From: Gemmatimonadales bacterium | Lineage (GTDB): Bacteria > Gemmatimonadota > Gemmatimonadetes > Gemmatimonadales > GWC2-71-9 | DNA: 64,000 bases | Direction of reading: 5' to 3' | Assembly (NCBI GenBank): GCA_036279355.1 | Contig: DASUJH010000044.1 | Coordinates: 3,926 to 67,925 of the forward strand | Part shown: one piece after another, positions 36,254 through 45,735 of the stretch | Numbering within the stretch: position 1 is the first letter of the stretch | Layout of the letters: each line of letters starts with the position of its first letter | Program-made: the position numbers and the translations under genes | The notes under the pieces: generated by a model | Database searches by the model: none | Told to the model about the DNA's origin: nothing | Seen by the model: only the letters and a program-made list of their open reading frames with translations

Positions 36254-37641
36254 GGCTCATAGGGGCGAGTGATGGAGCGCGGAGCCGTATATCGAGCGGC
36301 ACGCTTGCGCGGGGTTCGATCGACAGCCGGCCGCACGTCGTCATTCTGGGCGGCGGGTTCGCCGGACTGTACGCCGCGAAGGGGCTCAAGGGCGCGCCGG
36401 TGCGTGTCACCGTGGTGGACCGGCGCAATCACCATCTGTTCCAGCCCATGCTCTACCAGGTGGCCACTGCGGCGCTCAACCCGAGCGACATCGCGAATCC
36501 GATCCGTTCGGTGCTCCGGCGGCAGCGCAACGCCGAGGTGATGCTGGGTGACGTGGTCTCGATCGACGCCGCGGCGCGTGAAGTGTTGCTCGGGAACGGC
36601 ACCAGCCTCGACTACGACTACCTCATCGTCGCCACCGGCGCTCGGCACTCGTACTTCGGGCACGACGAATGGGAGCCGCTCGCTCCCGGCCTCAAGAGCA
36701 TCGAGGACGCGCTCGAGATCCGGAAGCGAGTGCTGCTCGCCTTCGAGCAGGCGGAGCGCGAAGCCGTGCCGGCGCTCCGGCAGGCGTATCTCACCTTCGT
36801 GATCGTGGGCGGCGGCCCCACCGGCGTGGAGATGGCGGGCGCAGTGGCGGAGGTGCGCAATTTCGCCCTGCGGCGCGACTTCCGGCATATCAATCCCCCC
36901 GACGCGCACGTCGTGCTGGTCGAGGCCGGACCGCGGCTCCTCGCGAGCTACCCCCCGAGGCTGAGCGAGCGCGCGCTGGCCGAGCTTCGCCGGCTGCGGG
37001 TCGACGTGCGGCTCGGCACCATGGTGCGCGACGTCGAGCCCTGGTCCGTGCGCGCCGGCGACGAGGTCATCCCCACCCGCACGGTCATCTGGGCCGCCGG
37101 TAACATGGCGAGTCCGCTGCTCAAGACGCTCGGCACGCCGCTCGACCGCCAGGGCCGCGCCATCGTCGAAGCCGATTGCAGCATTCCGGGCCATCCCGAG
37201 GTCTTCGTCCTCGGCGACGCCGCCCACTTCCAGCACGATACGCCGGAACCGCTGCCGGGCATCTCGCCCGTCGCAATCCAGATGGGCCAGTACGTGGCGA
37301 AGCTGATCCGGCGCGAGACACGCGGCACGGCTGGTCGCCCGCCGTTCCACTACTTCAACAAGGGCCAGCTCGCCGTGATCGGGCGCGGGCACGCGGTAGC
37401 GGATATCTGGAAGCTCGGATTCGGCGGCTTCGTCGCGTGGCTCCTCTGGATTTTCGTCCACATCTTCTTCCTGATCGGGTTCCGCAATCGGGTGCTCGTC
37501 ATGCTGGAGTGGGCATGGTCGTACCTCACCTACCGGCGCGGCGCTCGGCTCATCACGGGCGAGCTCGGGGGCGGCACGCCGACCGAGCCGCTCCGCGAGC
37601 TCTCGATGACGCCCCGCGAGCTCACGCGCAGCGCTCCGTGA
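36250..37641 (+). CDS. ndh: type II NADH:quinone oxidoreductase (NDH-2)
   Basis: Two dinucleotide folds (VVILGGGFAGLYAA and FVIVGGGPTGVEMAG), plus HLFQPMLYQVATA. Confidence 0.85.
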   Translation: MRLIGASDGARSRISSGTLARGSIDSRPHVVILGGGFAGLYAAKGLKGAPVRVTVVDRRNHHLFQPMLYQVATAALNPSDIANPIRSVLRRQRNAEVMLGDVVSIDAAAREVLLGNGTSLDYDYLIVATGARHSYFGHDEWEPLAPGLKSIEDALEIRKRVLLAFEQAEREAVPALRQAYLTFVIVGGGPTGVEMAGAVAEVRNFALRRDFRHINPPDAHVVLVEAGPRLLASYPPRLSERALAELRRLRVDVRLGTMVRDVEPWSVRAGDEVIPTRTVIWAAGNMASPLLKTLGTPLDRQGRAIVEADCSIPGHPEVFVLGDAAHFQHDTPEPLPGISPVAIQMGQYVAKLIRRETRGTAGRPPFHYFNKGQLAVIGRGHAVADIWKLGFGGFVAWLLWIFVHIFFLIGFRNRVLVMLEWAWSYLTYRRGARLITGELGGGTPTEPLRELSMTPRELTRSAP

Positions 37642-39176
37642 GGCTGGCGCCGGAGCGCGTGAAGGCCCGCGCGCTCGAGCTCGGCTTCATCGCGTGCGGC
37701 GTGACCGACCTCGCACCCAGCGCACGCGGCGACGCGCTCGACCGCTGGCTCGCCAACGGCTACGCCGGCACGATGCGCTACATGCATCGGCAGGCCGCCC
37801 GGCGAAAGGCGCCGCAGCGCATCGCGCCCGCGGCGAGGTCCGTGGTCGTGGTGCTGGATAACTACTACTCGGCCGATCGCCCGTCCGATGCGCGGGCGCC
37901 GCGCATCGCGCGGTACGCGCGCGGCACCGATTACCACCGGGCTACGGTGCGCCGGCTCGAGCTGCTGGCGGAATACCTCCGCGAGCACGGCGCCGGGTTC
38001 ACCCGCTGCTTTGCCGATGCCGGCCCCGTGCCCGAGCGCGAGCTGGCGCAGCGTGCCGGGCTCGGCTGGATTGGCAAGAACACGATGCTCATCCGGTCGG
38101 ACGCCGGCTCGTTCTTCTTCATCGGCTCGGTATGCACCGACCTCCCGCTCGAGCCGGATCTTCCCTATGAGATGGACCGCTGCGGCAGCTGTACGCGCTG
38201 CCTCGATGCGTGCCCGACGAACGCGCTTGCCGAGCCGCGCGTGCTCGATGCGACGCGGTGTATCTCCTATCTCACGATCGAGCAGAAGGGCCCCATTCCG
38301 GCCGGCCTGACCGGGCGGCTCTCGGGGTGGGCGTTCGGCTGCGACATCTGCAACGACGTATGTCCCTGGAACGAGCGGTTCGCGACGGAGACCGGCGTGG
38401 CCGAATTCCGTCCGCGTATCGCCGCGAGCGAGCTCGATCCGGACATATTCGAGCGGATGGACGAGTCAGAGTTCGCCGAGCGCTTCGGCGACACGCCGCT
38501 CGAGCGGGCCGGACTCGCTGGGATGCGGCGCAACGTCCGCGCGGCGCTCGAGAGCGTGGCGTCCACGCCGGTGATCCGCGCGGCCGAACCGACCGACGCG
38601 CAACGTCTCGCCGAGTTCGGCGCGCGCACGTTTGTCGAGACGTACGCGGCCGACATGCCCGGGGTGAATGTCGACGGCTACGTCGCCCAGAACTACGGCG
38701 AGCGCCAGCAGGCAGCCGAGCTGGCCGATCCGCGGAACAGCTGTCTCCTCGTCGAATTGGGCGGCGCGCTCGCGGGCTTCGCCCTGCTGCGCGACGGGTG
38801 CGCGCCGCCGGTCGCATTGCCCTCACGCACATCGCCTGCGCTGCCCTCGCCCGCATGGCCGTCGCCCGGGCCGGCTCTTGCGCCCGGCGCCCCGGTTCAG
38901 CTCGCACGCTTCTACGTGGACCGCCCGTGGCACGGGCGCGGCATCGCGCAGGCGCTCATGCGGGCGACCGTCGAGCACGCGGCCGCGCGCGGCGGCGCCC
39001 TGCTCTGGCTCACCGTCTGGCAACAGAACGCGCGCGCGATTGCGTTCTACGGCAAATCGAGCTTCTCCATCGCCGGCAGCGTCAAGTTCCGCATCGGCGA
39101 CGAGGAGCAGGACGACCATTTGATGGTGCGCCACCTCCCCGCCGGCCCGGCGCCGGCCGCATCGTCCTCCGCATAG
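37638..39176 (+). CDS. queG: epoxyqueuosine reductase QueG with an in-frame C-terminal GNAT acetyltransferase domain
   Basis: QueG motifs: GLGWIGKNTMLI, CGSCTRCLDACPT, CISYLTIE, CDICNDVCPWN. The frame then continues without a stop into a GNAT domain (RFYVDRPWHGRGIAQALM ... AFYGKSSF). GTG 37638 overlaps the ndh stop. Confidence 0.8.
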   Translation: MRLAPERVKARALELGFIACGVTDLAPSARGDALDRWLANGYAGTMRYMHRQAARRKAPQRIAPAARSVVVVLDNYYSADRPSDARAPRIARYARGTDYHRATVRRLELLAEYLREHGAGFTRCFADAGPVPERELAQRAGLGWIGKNTMLIRSDAGSFFFIGSVCTDLPLEPDLPYEMDRCGSCTRCLDACPTNALAEPRVLDATRCISYLTIEQKGPIPAGLTGRLSGWAFGCDICNDVCPWNERFATETGVAEFRPRIAASELDPDIFERMDESEFAERFGDTPLERAGLAGMRRNVRAALESVASTPVIRAAEPTDAQRLAEFGARTFVETYAADMPGVNVDGYVAQNYGERQQAAELADPRNSCLLVELGGALAGFALLRDGCAPPVALPSRTSPALPSPAWPSPGPALAPGAPVQLARFYVDRPWHGRGIAQALMRATVEHAAARGGALLWLTVWQQNARAIAFYGKSSFSIAGSVKFRIGDEEQDDHLMVRHLPAGPAPAASSSA

Positions 39177-39679
39177 TGCCCGAGCCTGCCGAAGCGCCCC
39201 CCGCGCTCGGCGCCCCCGAGCTGCGTCGATACCAGCGCCTCGAGCGCGCAAGCTGGCTGCTCGACAACGCCGTCCGCATCCCCTTCACCCGCTTCCGCAT
39301 CGGCCTCGATCCGCTGCTCGGCCTCGTGCCGGGCGTAGGCGACGCGATCGGCGCGGCGATCTCGGGCTGGATCGTGGTCGAGGCCGCGCGCTTCGGCGTT
39401 TCGCGCAGCATGCTCCTCAGGATGCTCGGCAACATCGCGATGGATACCATCGTGGGCTCGGTGCCCGGCATCGGTGATCTCTTCGACTTCGCATGGAAGT
39501 CCGACGCGATGAACCTGGCGCTCCTGCGCCGGCATCTGGGCCAGCCCGAGAAGGCGCGCGCGCCGAGCCGCCGGCTCGTGGCCGCGGTGCTCATTGCGGT
39601 GCTGCTGCTCGCCGTCGCGGCCGTGGTGGGCGCGGCCTTCCTGGTCAGGTATCTTGCGGGACTCTCTCACATTCTTTGA
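39176..39679 (+). CDS. DUF4112 membrane protein
   Basis: Sequence GLDPLLGLVPGVGDAIGAAIS ... VPGIGDLFDFAWKSD. GTG 39176 overlaps the TAG of queG by 1 nt. Confidence 0.7.
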   Translation: MPEPAEAPPALGAPELRRYQRLERASWLLDNAVRIPFTRFRIGLDPLLGLVPGVGDAIGAAISGWIVVEAARFGVSRSMLLRMLGNIAMDTIVGSVPGIGDLFDFAWKSDAMNLALLRRHLGQPEKARAPSRRLVAAVLIAVLLLAVAAVVGAAFLVRYLAGLSHIL

Positions 39680-39685
39680 GCGACC

Positions 39686-40816
39686 ATGCGATTCGAGACG
39701 CTCGCCGTGCACGCCGGGCAGCGCGCCGATCCGGCAACCGGGGCCGTGACGCTCCCGATCCACCTCTCGACCACGTTCGAGCGCGCCGCCGACGGTTCCT
39801 ACCCCGGCGGCTACGTGTACGCGCGCGATGCCAATCCCAACCGGCACTCGCTCGAGGAGTGCCTTTGCCGGCTCGAGGCGGGCGCCGCGGCCGCCGCGTT
39901 CTCCTCCGGCATGGCGGCGACCATGGCCGTCTTCCAGGCCCTCGCTCCCGGCGACCACGTGCTGGTGCCGCAGGACGTCTATTACGGCACGCTCAAGCTG
40001 CTGGAGGATCTCTTCGCGCGGTGGGGGCTCGAGCACACCGAAGTCGACATGACCGACCCGGCTGCGCTGGCGCGCGCCGCGCGTCCCACGACGCGCCTCG
40101 TGTGGCTCGAGACGCCGTCGAATCCGCTCATGCGCATCACCGATGTCGCGGCCATCGCCGATGTGGCGCACCGGGCCGGCGCGCGCGTTGCGTGCGACAA
40201 CACCTGGGCCACGCCGCTCCTCACCCGGCCGCTCGAGCTCGGCGCCGATCTCGTGATGCACGCGACGACCAAGTACCTGGGCGGTCACAGCGACGTGCTG
40301 GGCGGCGCGCTCGTCGCCCGGGAAAACGACGCGTTCTTTGAGCGGATCCGGCTGGTCCAGACCAAGGGTGGCGCGGTCGCATCGCCTTTTGACTGTTGGC
40401 TCGTGCTGCGCGGCATCCGTTCGCTGCCATGGCGCATGCGGGCGCACTCGGCCAACGCGCTCGCGGTGGCGCGCTGCCTCGCGGCGCATCCGGCGGTGGC
40501 GGCCGTGCACTACCCGGGGCTCGACGCTGATCCGGGCCACGCCGTTGCGAGGCGACAGATGACCGGCGGCTTCGGCGGAATGCTCTCGTTCGAGGTGCGC
40601 GGCGGCCGTGCCGAGGCGATGGCGCTCACCGGCCGCCTCCGCCTGTTCACCCGCGCGACCAGTCTCGGCGGCCCTGAAAGCCTGATCGAGCACCGCGCGT
40701 CCGTCGAGGGCCCGCGCACCCGCGCACCCGAAGGGCTCCTGCGCGTTTCGGTCGGGCTCGAGCATGCCGACGATCTGGTCGAGGATCTGGCCGCCGCACT
40801 GGGCCCACCCCGATGA
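39686..40816 (+). CDS. Cys/Met-metabolism PLP enzyme (cystathionine gamma-synthase / gamma-lyase family)
   Basis: N-terminus TLAVHAGQ; SSGMAA; PLP-Lys motif ATTKYLGGHSD; C-terminal SLGGPESLIEH. Confidence 0.85.
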   Translation: MRFETLAVHAGQRADPATGAVTLPIHLSTTFERAADGSYPGGYVYARDANPNRHSLEECLCRLEAGAAAAAFSSGMAATMAVFQALAPGDHVLVPQDVYYGTLKLLEDLFARWGLEHTEVDMTDPAALARAARPTTRLVWLETPSNPLMRITDVAAIADVAHRAGARVACDNTWATPLLTRPLELGADLVMHATTKYLGGHSDVLGGALVARENDAFFERIRLVQTKGGAVASPFDCWLVLRGIRSLPWRMRAHSANALAVARCLAAHPAVAAVHYPGLDADPGHAVARRQMTGGFGGMLSFEVRGGRAEAMALTGRLRLFTRATSLGGPESLIEHRASVEGPRTRAPEGLLRVSVGLEHADDLVEDLAAALGPPR

Positions 40817-41175
40817 TCCGCGCCATGCACAGCGTGGCCGTGTTCGTGCACGACATTGACCGCGCCATCAAATTCTACGAGGAGGACCTGGGGCTCACCC
40901 TCGCTCGCCGCGGTGCGTTCGGCGCCGAGTTTCTCGACGAGGAGCCGCACCTGGGCGTGCACCCGGCCGTGCACGCGGACGCCAAGGCGCTCGTGGGGCG
41001 ACATACCGGCGTCACCTTCCATGTACCGGAGCTGGTCGAGCTCTGTGAGCGGCTGCACGCGCGCGGCGTGCGCTTCATCGCCGAGCCGACTCAGCAGGAG
41101 TTCGGCATTATGGCCATGATCGCCGATCCCGACGGCAACATCTTCGCTCTCTGGGACGCGCGTACTCCGGCGTGA
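40813..41175 (+). CDS. VOC/glyoxalase-family protein
   Basis: 120 aa. Sequence VAVFVHDIDRAIKFYEEDLGL ... IADPDGNIFAL. Confidence 0.75.
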   Translation: MIRAMHSVAVFVHDIDRAIKFYEEDLGLTLARRGAFGAEFLDEEPHLGVHPAVHADAKALVGRHTGVTFHVPELVELCERLHARGVRFIAEPTQQEFGIMAMIADPDGNIFALWDARTPA

Positions 41176-42218
41176 AGGACTTCGCGTCCGACAACACCGC
41201 GGGCGTGCATCCGCTCGTGCTCGACGCGCTTTCCCGCGCCAACGCCGGCCGCGCGCCCGCCTACGGCGACGATGAGGTCACCGCGCGGGCCGCGGCGCGC
41301 GTACGCGAGCAGTTCGGGCCAGAGGTCGAGGTGTTCTTCGTCTGGGGCGGCACCGCCGCGAACGTCCTCGGCCTCTCGACCATGCTCGCGCCATACCAGG
41401 GGGTGATCTGCACCGACATCGCCCATATCGAAGAGGACGAGTGCGCCGCGCCCGAGCGCTTCACCGGCAGCAAGCTGCTTCCGGTGCGCTCACGCGGCGG
41501 CAAGCTCACCGGCGAGGACGTGGCCGCCCGCGTGCAGGGCGTCAACTATCCGCACCAGGTGATGCCGCGCGTCGTCTCCGTCACCCAAGCCACCGAGTAT
41601 GGCACGGTGTACACGCCGGCCGAGCTGCGCGCCATCAGCGACGCGGCGCGGGCACACGGGCTTCGGGTGCACATGGATGGCGCCCGGCTTGCGAACGCCG
41701 CGGCGGGTCTCGGGCTGCCGCTCCGCGCGCTCACGGCGGACGTCGGTGTTGACGTGCTCTCGTTCGGCGGGACCAAGAACGGCGGGCTCGCGGCCGAAGC
41801 GGTGGTGCTCTTCGACCCGGCGCTGGCGCGCGACTTTCCCGCCCTCCGAAAGCAGGGAATGCAGCTCGCGTCGAAGATGCGCTTCGTCTCGGCGCAGGTC
41901 GAGGCGCTGCTCACGGACGACCTCTGGCTCCGCAACGCGCGCTGTGCCAACGCCATGGCGCGGCGGCTCGCGGAGCGTGCGTCGGCCGTCGAGGACATCA
42001 CCATCACGCAGCCGGTCGAGGCCAACGCCGTCTTCGCCATCGTGCCGGCGGCGGCCGTGCAGCTGCTGCAGCAGACGTTCAGGTTCTACGTGTGGAACGA
42101 GCGCACGTCGGAGGTCCGCTGGATGACGTCGTTCGATACCTCGGAGCCGGACGTCGATGCGTTCGCCGACGCGATCGGCTCGGCGGTGCGGGCGGCCCGC
42201 GTCTCAGGCGGCCGGTAG
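41172..42218 (+). CDS. ltaE: low-specificity L-threonine aldolase
   Basis: Sequence FASDNTAGVHP ... YGDD ... GTAANVL ... FGGTKNG (PLP Lys). Confidence 0.8.
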   Translation: MKDFASDNTAGVHPLVLDALSRANAGRAPAYGDDEVTARAAARVREQFGPEVEVFFVWGGTAANVLGLSTMLAPYQGVICTDIAHIEEDECAAPERFTGSKLLPVRSRGGKLTGEDVAARVQGVNYPHQVMPRVVSVTQATEYGTVYTPAELRAISDAARAHGLRVHMDGARLANAAAGLGLPLRALTADVGVDVLSFGGTKNGGLAAEAVVLFDPALARDFPALRKQGMQLASKMRFVSAQVEALLTDDLWLRNARCANAMARRLAERASAVEDITITQPVEANAVFAIVPAAAVQLLQQTFRFYVWNERTSEVRWMTSFDTSEPDVDAFADAIGSAVRAARVSGGR

Positions 42219-42703
42219 GGCGACAGCTCGCGCGCCAGCGGATCGCCGCGGAAGCAATCCTCCACGATCTGTCCCTGCTGCTCCATCCCGTATGTCTCGA
42301 ACGGCCGCGGGCCATGCGCCGCGCAATCCCCGGCGTAGTCGTACGGGCTCGGGCCCCGGCCGAGGCGGTGGCGGACCTCGCGCGCGCGATCGGCGAGCGC
42401 GCGGGCGAAGTAGCGAAGCGGCCCCCACGCGTGGTACTGCGCGCAGTGCGTGAGCTCGTGCGCGAGCACCGGGAGCGAGCGGCAGCACGCGTCGGACAGG
42501 AAGACGTCGTTGCCGAGTGCGATGGCGCGGCCGCCGCTCGCACCCAGAACAGCGCGCCGCAGCGCGCGGCGCAGGCGTCCGCCCTCGCCGCGGTGCAGCC
42601 GCACCCTGGCGCAAACGACCCGGTCGGCGAGCGTGCCCAGCGCCCGCAATTCTTCGTCGGTCACGCGGCAGCGTTCATCCGCCATCGACAATCCGTGGCC
42701 CAT
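42086..42703 (-). CDS. DUF4157-like zincin domain protein (HExxH)
   Basis: GRAIALGNDVFL ... LAHELTHCAQY matches my recollection of DUF4157. The 3' end overlaps ltaE by 133 nt. Start is 42703 or 42685. Confidence 0.55.
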   Translation of the reverse strand: MGHGLSMADERCRVTDEELRALGTLADRVVCARVRLHRGEGGRLRRALRRAVLGASGGRAIALGNDVFLSDACCRSLPVLAHELTHCAQYHAWGPLRYFARALADRAREVRHRLGRGPSPYDYAGDCAAHGPRPFETYGMEQQGQIVEDCFRGDPLARELSPYRPPETRAARTAEPIASANASTSGSEVSNDVIQRTSDVRSFHT

Positions 42704-42709
42704 TTACCG

Positions 42710-43849
42710 TCATCTGCCGAGAAACTCCCCGATCGGCGCGAGCGTCTCGATGTGATCGCAGAAGATCTTGAGTGTCGCGAGTAGCGGCACCGCGATGAAC
42801 GCGCCGGGCACGCCCCAGATCCACCACCAGAATGCGAGCCCGATGAAGATCGCCACCGGATTGAGCGTGAGCCGCTGCCCCATGATGAGCGGCGAGACCA
42901 GATTCGACTGCACGAAATTCACCACGAGGTACGCGCCCGGCACGAGCAGCGCGTGCCCCAGCGTATCGAACGTGGTAAGCCCGGCGGCCGCCAGAACGAG
43001 CAGCAATACCGTGGGCCCGATATAAGGAATGAACTCCACGAGCCCGGCCAGCACGCCCCAGAGCAGCGGGTTCGGCACGCCCACGAGGTACATCGCGCCG
43101 GTCACGGCGAGGGCCTCGCCCACGTTGAGCAGTGTGAGCGTCACGAGATAGGTCGAGATCGACGCCTCCGTTTCCCGCGCGATCTCCACCGCACGCCGCT
43201 TGTCCCCAAAGCTCGGCAGCACGTTGATCATCTTCTGGAGAAAGAGATCGCCGGCGGCGAGCAGGAAATAGAGCAGGATAAGCACTTCGATCGCGCCGAT
43301 GACGATGGTCTGCGTCGTGCCGAAGAGACGCTCCGCGGCGGTCGGCCCCTTGACGACGACCTCCGCTGGCCCGGATTCCGACGCCGGGGCCCTCGCCGCC
43401 TTCTCCACCTGCTCGGCGGCCCGGCTCACTTCCTGCACGGGGCGGCGGATGAGGCGGAGCTTGCCCCGGATCTGTTCCATGCTGGCGGGCGCCCGCGACA
43501 CCCAGCTGCGGGCCGGCTGGGCCAGCGAGTACGCACCCGCACCCACGAAGCCAAGCAGGCCGAGGATCACGAGCGCCGCTCCCACCGGCTCCGGAATCCG
43601 CCCGCGCTTGAGGATGCGGAGGACGGGACTGAACAGGAAGTCGAGCAGGATCGCGAACACGACCGGCAGGAAGAACGCACGAGCGAAGTAGAGCGTGTAG
43701 AACGCCGCGAGCACGAAGAGTCCCGTGATCGCGAGCGAGCGCACCTCGACCCGGTCGCGCAGCGCGGTGCTGAGCTTGTGCAGATTCGGCTCCGGCCCGG
43801 TGGGCGTCGGGCCGGCCTCGACCGGCGGTTCGAGCGACGAGCGCGGCAT
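42710..43849 (-). CDS. AI-2E family (PerM/YhhT-like) transporter
   Basis: Eight TM helices. Sequence LLNVGEALAVTGAMYLVGVPNPLLWGVLAGLVEFIPYIGP. ATG 43849 lies inside the composite 693-aa ORF. Confidence 0.8.
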   Translation of the reverse strand: MPRSSLEPPVEAGPTPTGPEPNLHKLSTALRDRVEVRSLAITGLFVLAAFYTLYFARAFFLPVVFAILLDFLFSPVLRILKRGRIPEPVGAALVILGLLGFVGAGAYSLAQPARSWVSRAPASMEQIRGKLRLIRRPVQEVSRAAEQVEKAARAPASESGPAEVVVKGPTAAERLFGTTQTIVIGAIEVLILLYFLLAAGDLFLQKMINVLPSFGDKRRAVEIARETEASISTYLVTLTLLNVGEALAVTGAMYLVGVPNPLLWGVLAGLVEFIPYIGPTVLLLVLAAAGLTTFDTLGHALLVPGAYLVVNFVQSNLVSPLIMGQRLTLNPVAIFIGLAFWWWIWGVPGAFIAVPLLATLKIFCDHIETLAPIGEFLGR

Positions 43850-44005
43850 CGATTCCACGGCGTACCCTTGTCTCTGAGCGAGGAGCCGCGGTAAGGTTAC
43901 GCCGCGGCCGCCGCGCGGACTGTGCGCTGGCGCACCCGGCCGCGCCGCCGGCCCTTGCGCGTATGAACCTGCCGCCCGCCGGCCACCCCGCAGCCGAGAC
44001 CTCGC

Positions 44006-44764
44006 ATGGCGCGCGTCTGGCAATCCATATTCTCCGTCTGGGCGTGGCTCGTGCTGGGCACCTGCGTCGTGCTCTGGCTGCCGCTCATGGCCGCGGTCCG
44101 CCTGATCACCGCGCGCTCCGATCCGGGGCGGTACACGGTCGGCCTGCTCTTCCGAAAGATCGGCGTCATCATGGCGACGCTCAATCCGCTCTGGCGGTTC
44201 CGCTGCTCCGGCACGCCGCCCGCCGATCCGCGCCGCCCCTACGTCGTCGTCTCCAATCACGAATCCTTCGCCGACATCCTGCTCATCAGTCACCTGCCAT
44301 GGGAAATGAAGTGGCTGTCGAAGGCGGAAATGTTCCGGTGGCCGGTGCTGGGCTGGCTCATGCGCGTCGCGGGAGACATCCCGGTGCGCCGCGGCGAAGG
44401 ACGGAGCGCTCTCGAGGCGCTGCACAACGCCCGCGGCGTGCTCAAGAACCGCGTCTCGGTGATGATCTTTCCCGAAGGCACCCGGTCGACGGACGGCGAG
44501 ATGCTGCCCTTCAAGGACGGCGCATTCCGGCTCGCGATCAGCGCCAAGGTTCCCATCCTGCCGCTCGCCCTCTCCGGCACCGGCACCGCGTTGCCGAAAA
44601 AGGATTGGCGCCTCGGCCGCTCCGTGGCGGAAGTGCGCGTGCTTCCGCCGGTCGAGACCGAGGGGCTGGCCAACCGCGACGTGCCGGCGCTCAAGGCGCG
44701 GGTGCAGGCGATGATCTCCGCTGCGCGCGACGAGCTCAGGGCCGAGGCCGCCCGCGCACGCTGA
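44006..44764 (+). CDS. plsC: 1-acyl-sn-glycerol-3-phosphate acyltransferase
   Basis: Motifs NHESFAD (HX4D), FPEGTRS, and an N-terminal TM helix. Confidence 0.85.
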   Translation: MARVWQSIFSVWAWLVLGTCVVLWLPLMAAVRLITARSDPGRYTVGLLFRKIGVIMATLNPLWRFRCSGTPPADPRRPYVVVSNHESFADILLISHLPWEMKWLSKAEMFRWPVLGWLMRVAGDIPVRRGEGRSALEALHNARGVLKNRVSVMIFPEGTRSTDGEMLPFKDGAFRLAISAKVPILPLALSGTGTALPKKDWRLGRSVAEVRVLPPVETEGLANRDVPALKARVQAMISAARDELRAEAARAR

Positions 44765-44787
44765 CCGGGTGCCGCGCGGCGCGCTGC

Positions 44788-45735
44788 TCAATCCATCGCG
44801 AGATCCCGCCCCAGATCGACCGGCGCCCGCGCCCGCCCCACCGCGCCCGCAAGCGCGAAGAGCGTGAGCAGGTACGGCAGCGTGAGGAAGAGCTGATAGG
44901 GCACGTTGAGCCCGAGCGCCTGAAGCACGAACTGCAGCGCGGTCGCCGCGCCGAAGAGGAGAGCCGCCACCGCCACCCCAACCGGATGCCAGCGGCCGAG
45001 CACCACGATGGCGATCGCGACATAACCTCGGCCCGCCGTCATGTTCTCAGCGAACGTCCCCACCTGTGCCAGCACCAGGCTCGCTCCCGCAACGCCCGCG
45101 AGCGCACTCCCGAAGACCGTCGCCCAGAAACGGATCGCGCGCACCCGCACCCCGGCCGCTCGCGCATCGCCCGGCGCCTCCCCCACGGCCCTGAGTGCCA
45201 GGCCCGGACGCGTGCGGTAGAGGAACCACGCGATGACCGGCACCGCGACGAAGGCCAAATACGTCGTCGCCGGCTGCGCAAAGATGCTCGGGCCCACGAG
45301 GGGAATCCGCGAGAGCAGCGGCACCGGCCACGCCACGAGCGTCGGCAGCGAGAGCCCGGCTCCGGCGCTGCCGTACGCCTGCCGATAGATCGTGCCGGTG
45401 AGCCCCACGCAGCCGAGCGTCACGGCGGCGCCGGCGATGATCTGGTTGGCTCCCGCGTACACCACGACGGCCGCGAACACGACGCCCACTGCGATTCCGG
45501 CCGCTGCGGCCGCCGCCACACCCGCCCACGCCCCGCCGGTGCCGCCGAGCGCCGACGCCCCGAGCGCGGAAGCGAGTGCGCCGGCGAGCATCGCGCCCTC
45601 GACCCCCAGATTGATCACGCCGGCCCGTTCGGTCACCGTCTCGCCCACGGCCGCGAGCAGGAGCGGCGTCGCGACCCGCACGGTGGCGGCGAGAAACCCG
45701 GTCAGCGCCCCGGAACTCGCGAGCTCCGCGCTCAT
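44788..45735 (-). CDS. ABC transporter permease (BMP/nucleoside-type importer)
   Basis: Polytopic. N-terminus ATPLLLAAVGETVTERAGVINLGVEG is typical of this permease family. Confidence 0.8.
   Translation of the reverse strand: MSAELASSGALTGFLAATVRVATPLLLAAVGETVTERAGVINLGVEGAMLAGALASALGASALGGTGGAWAGVAAAAAAGIAVGVVFAAVVVYAGANQIIAGAAVTLGCVGLTGTIYRQAYGSAGAGLSLPTLVAWPVPLLSRIPLVGPSIFAQPATTYLAFVAVPVIAWFLYRTRPGLALRAVGEAPGDARAAGVRVRAIRFWATVFGSALAGVAGASLVLAQVGTFAENMTAGRGYVAIAIVVLGRWHPVGVAVAALLFGAATALQFVLQALGLNVPYQLFLTLPYLLTLFALAGAVGRARAPVDLGRDLAMD

Noticed and set aside
38927-38943. TGGCACG-N4-CGGCAT, a good GG-N10-GC match.
   Set aside because: It lies inside the queG::GNAT coding sequence, 235 nt from the next start codon. 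It is most likely a chance match in GC-rich DNA.
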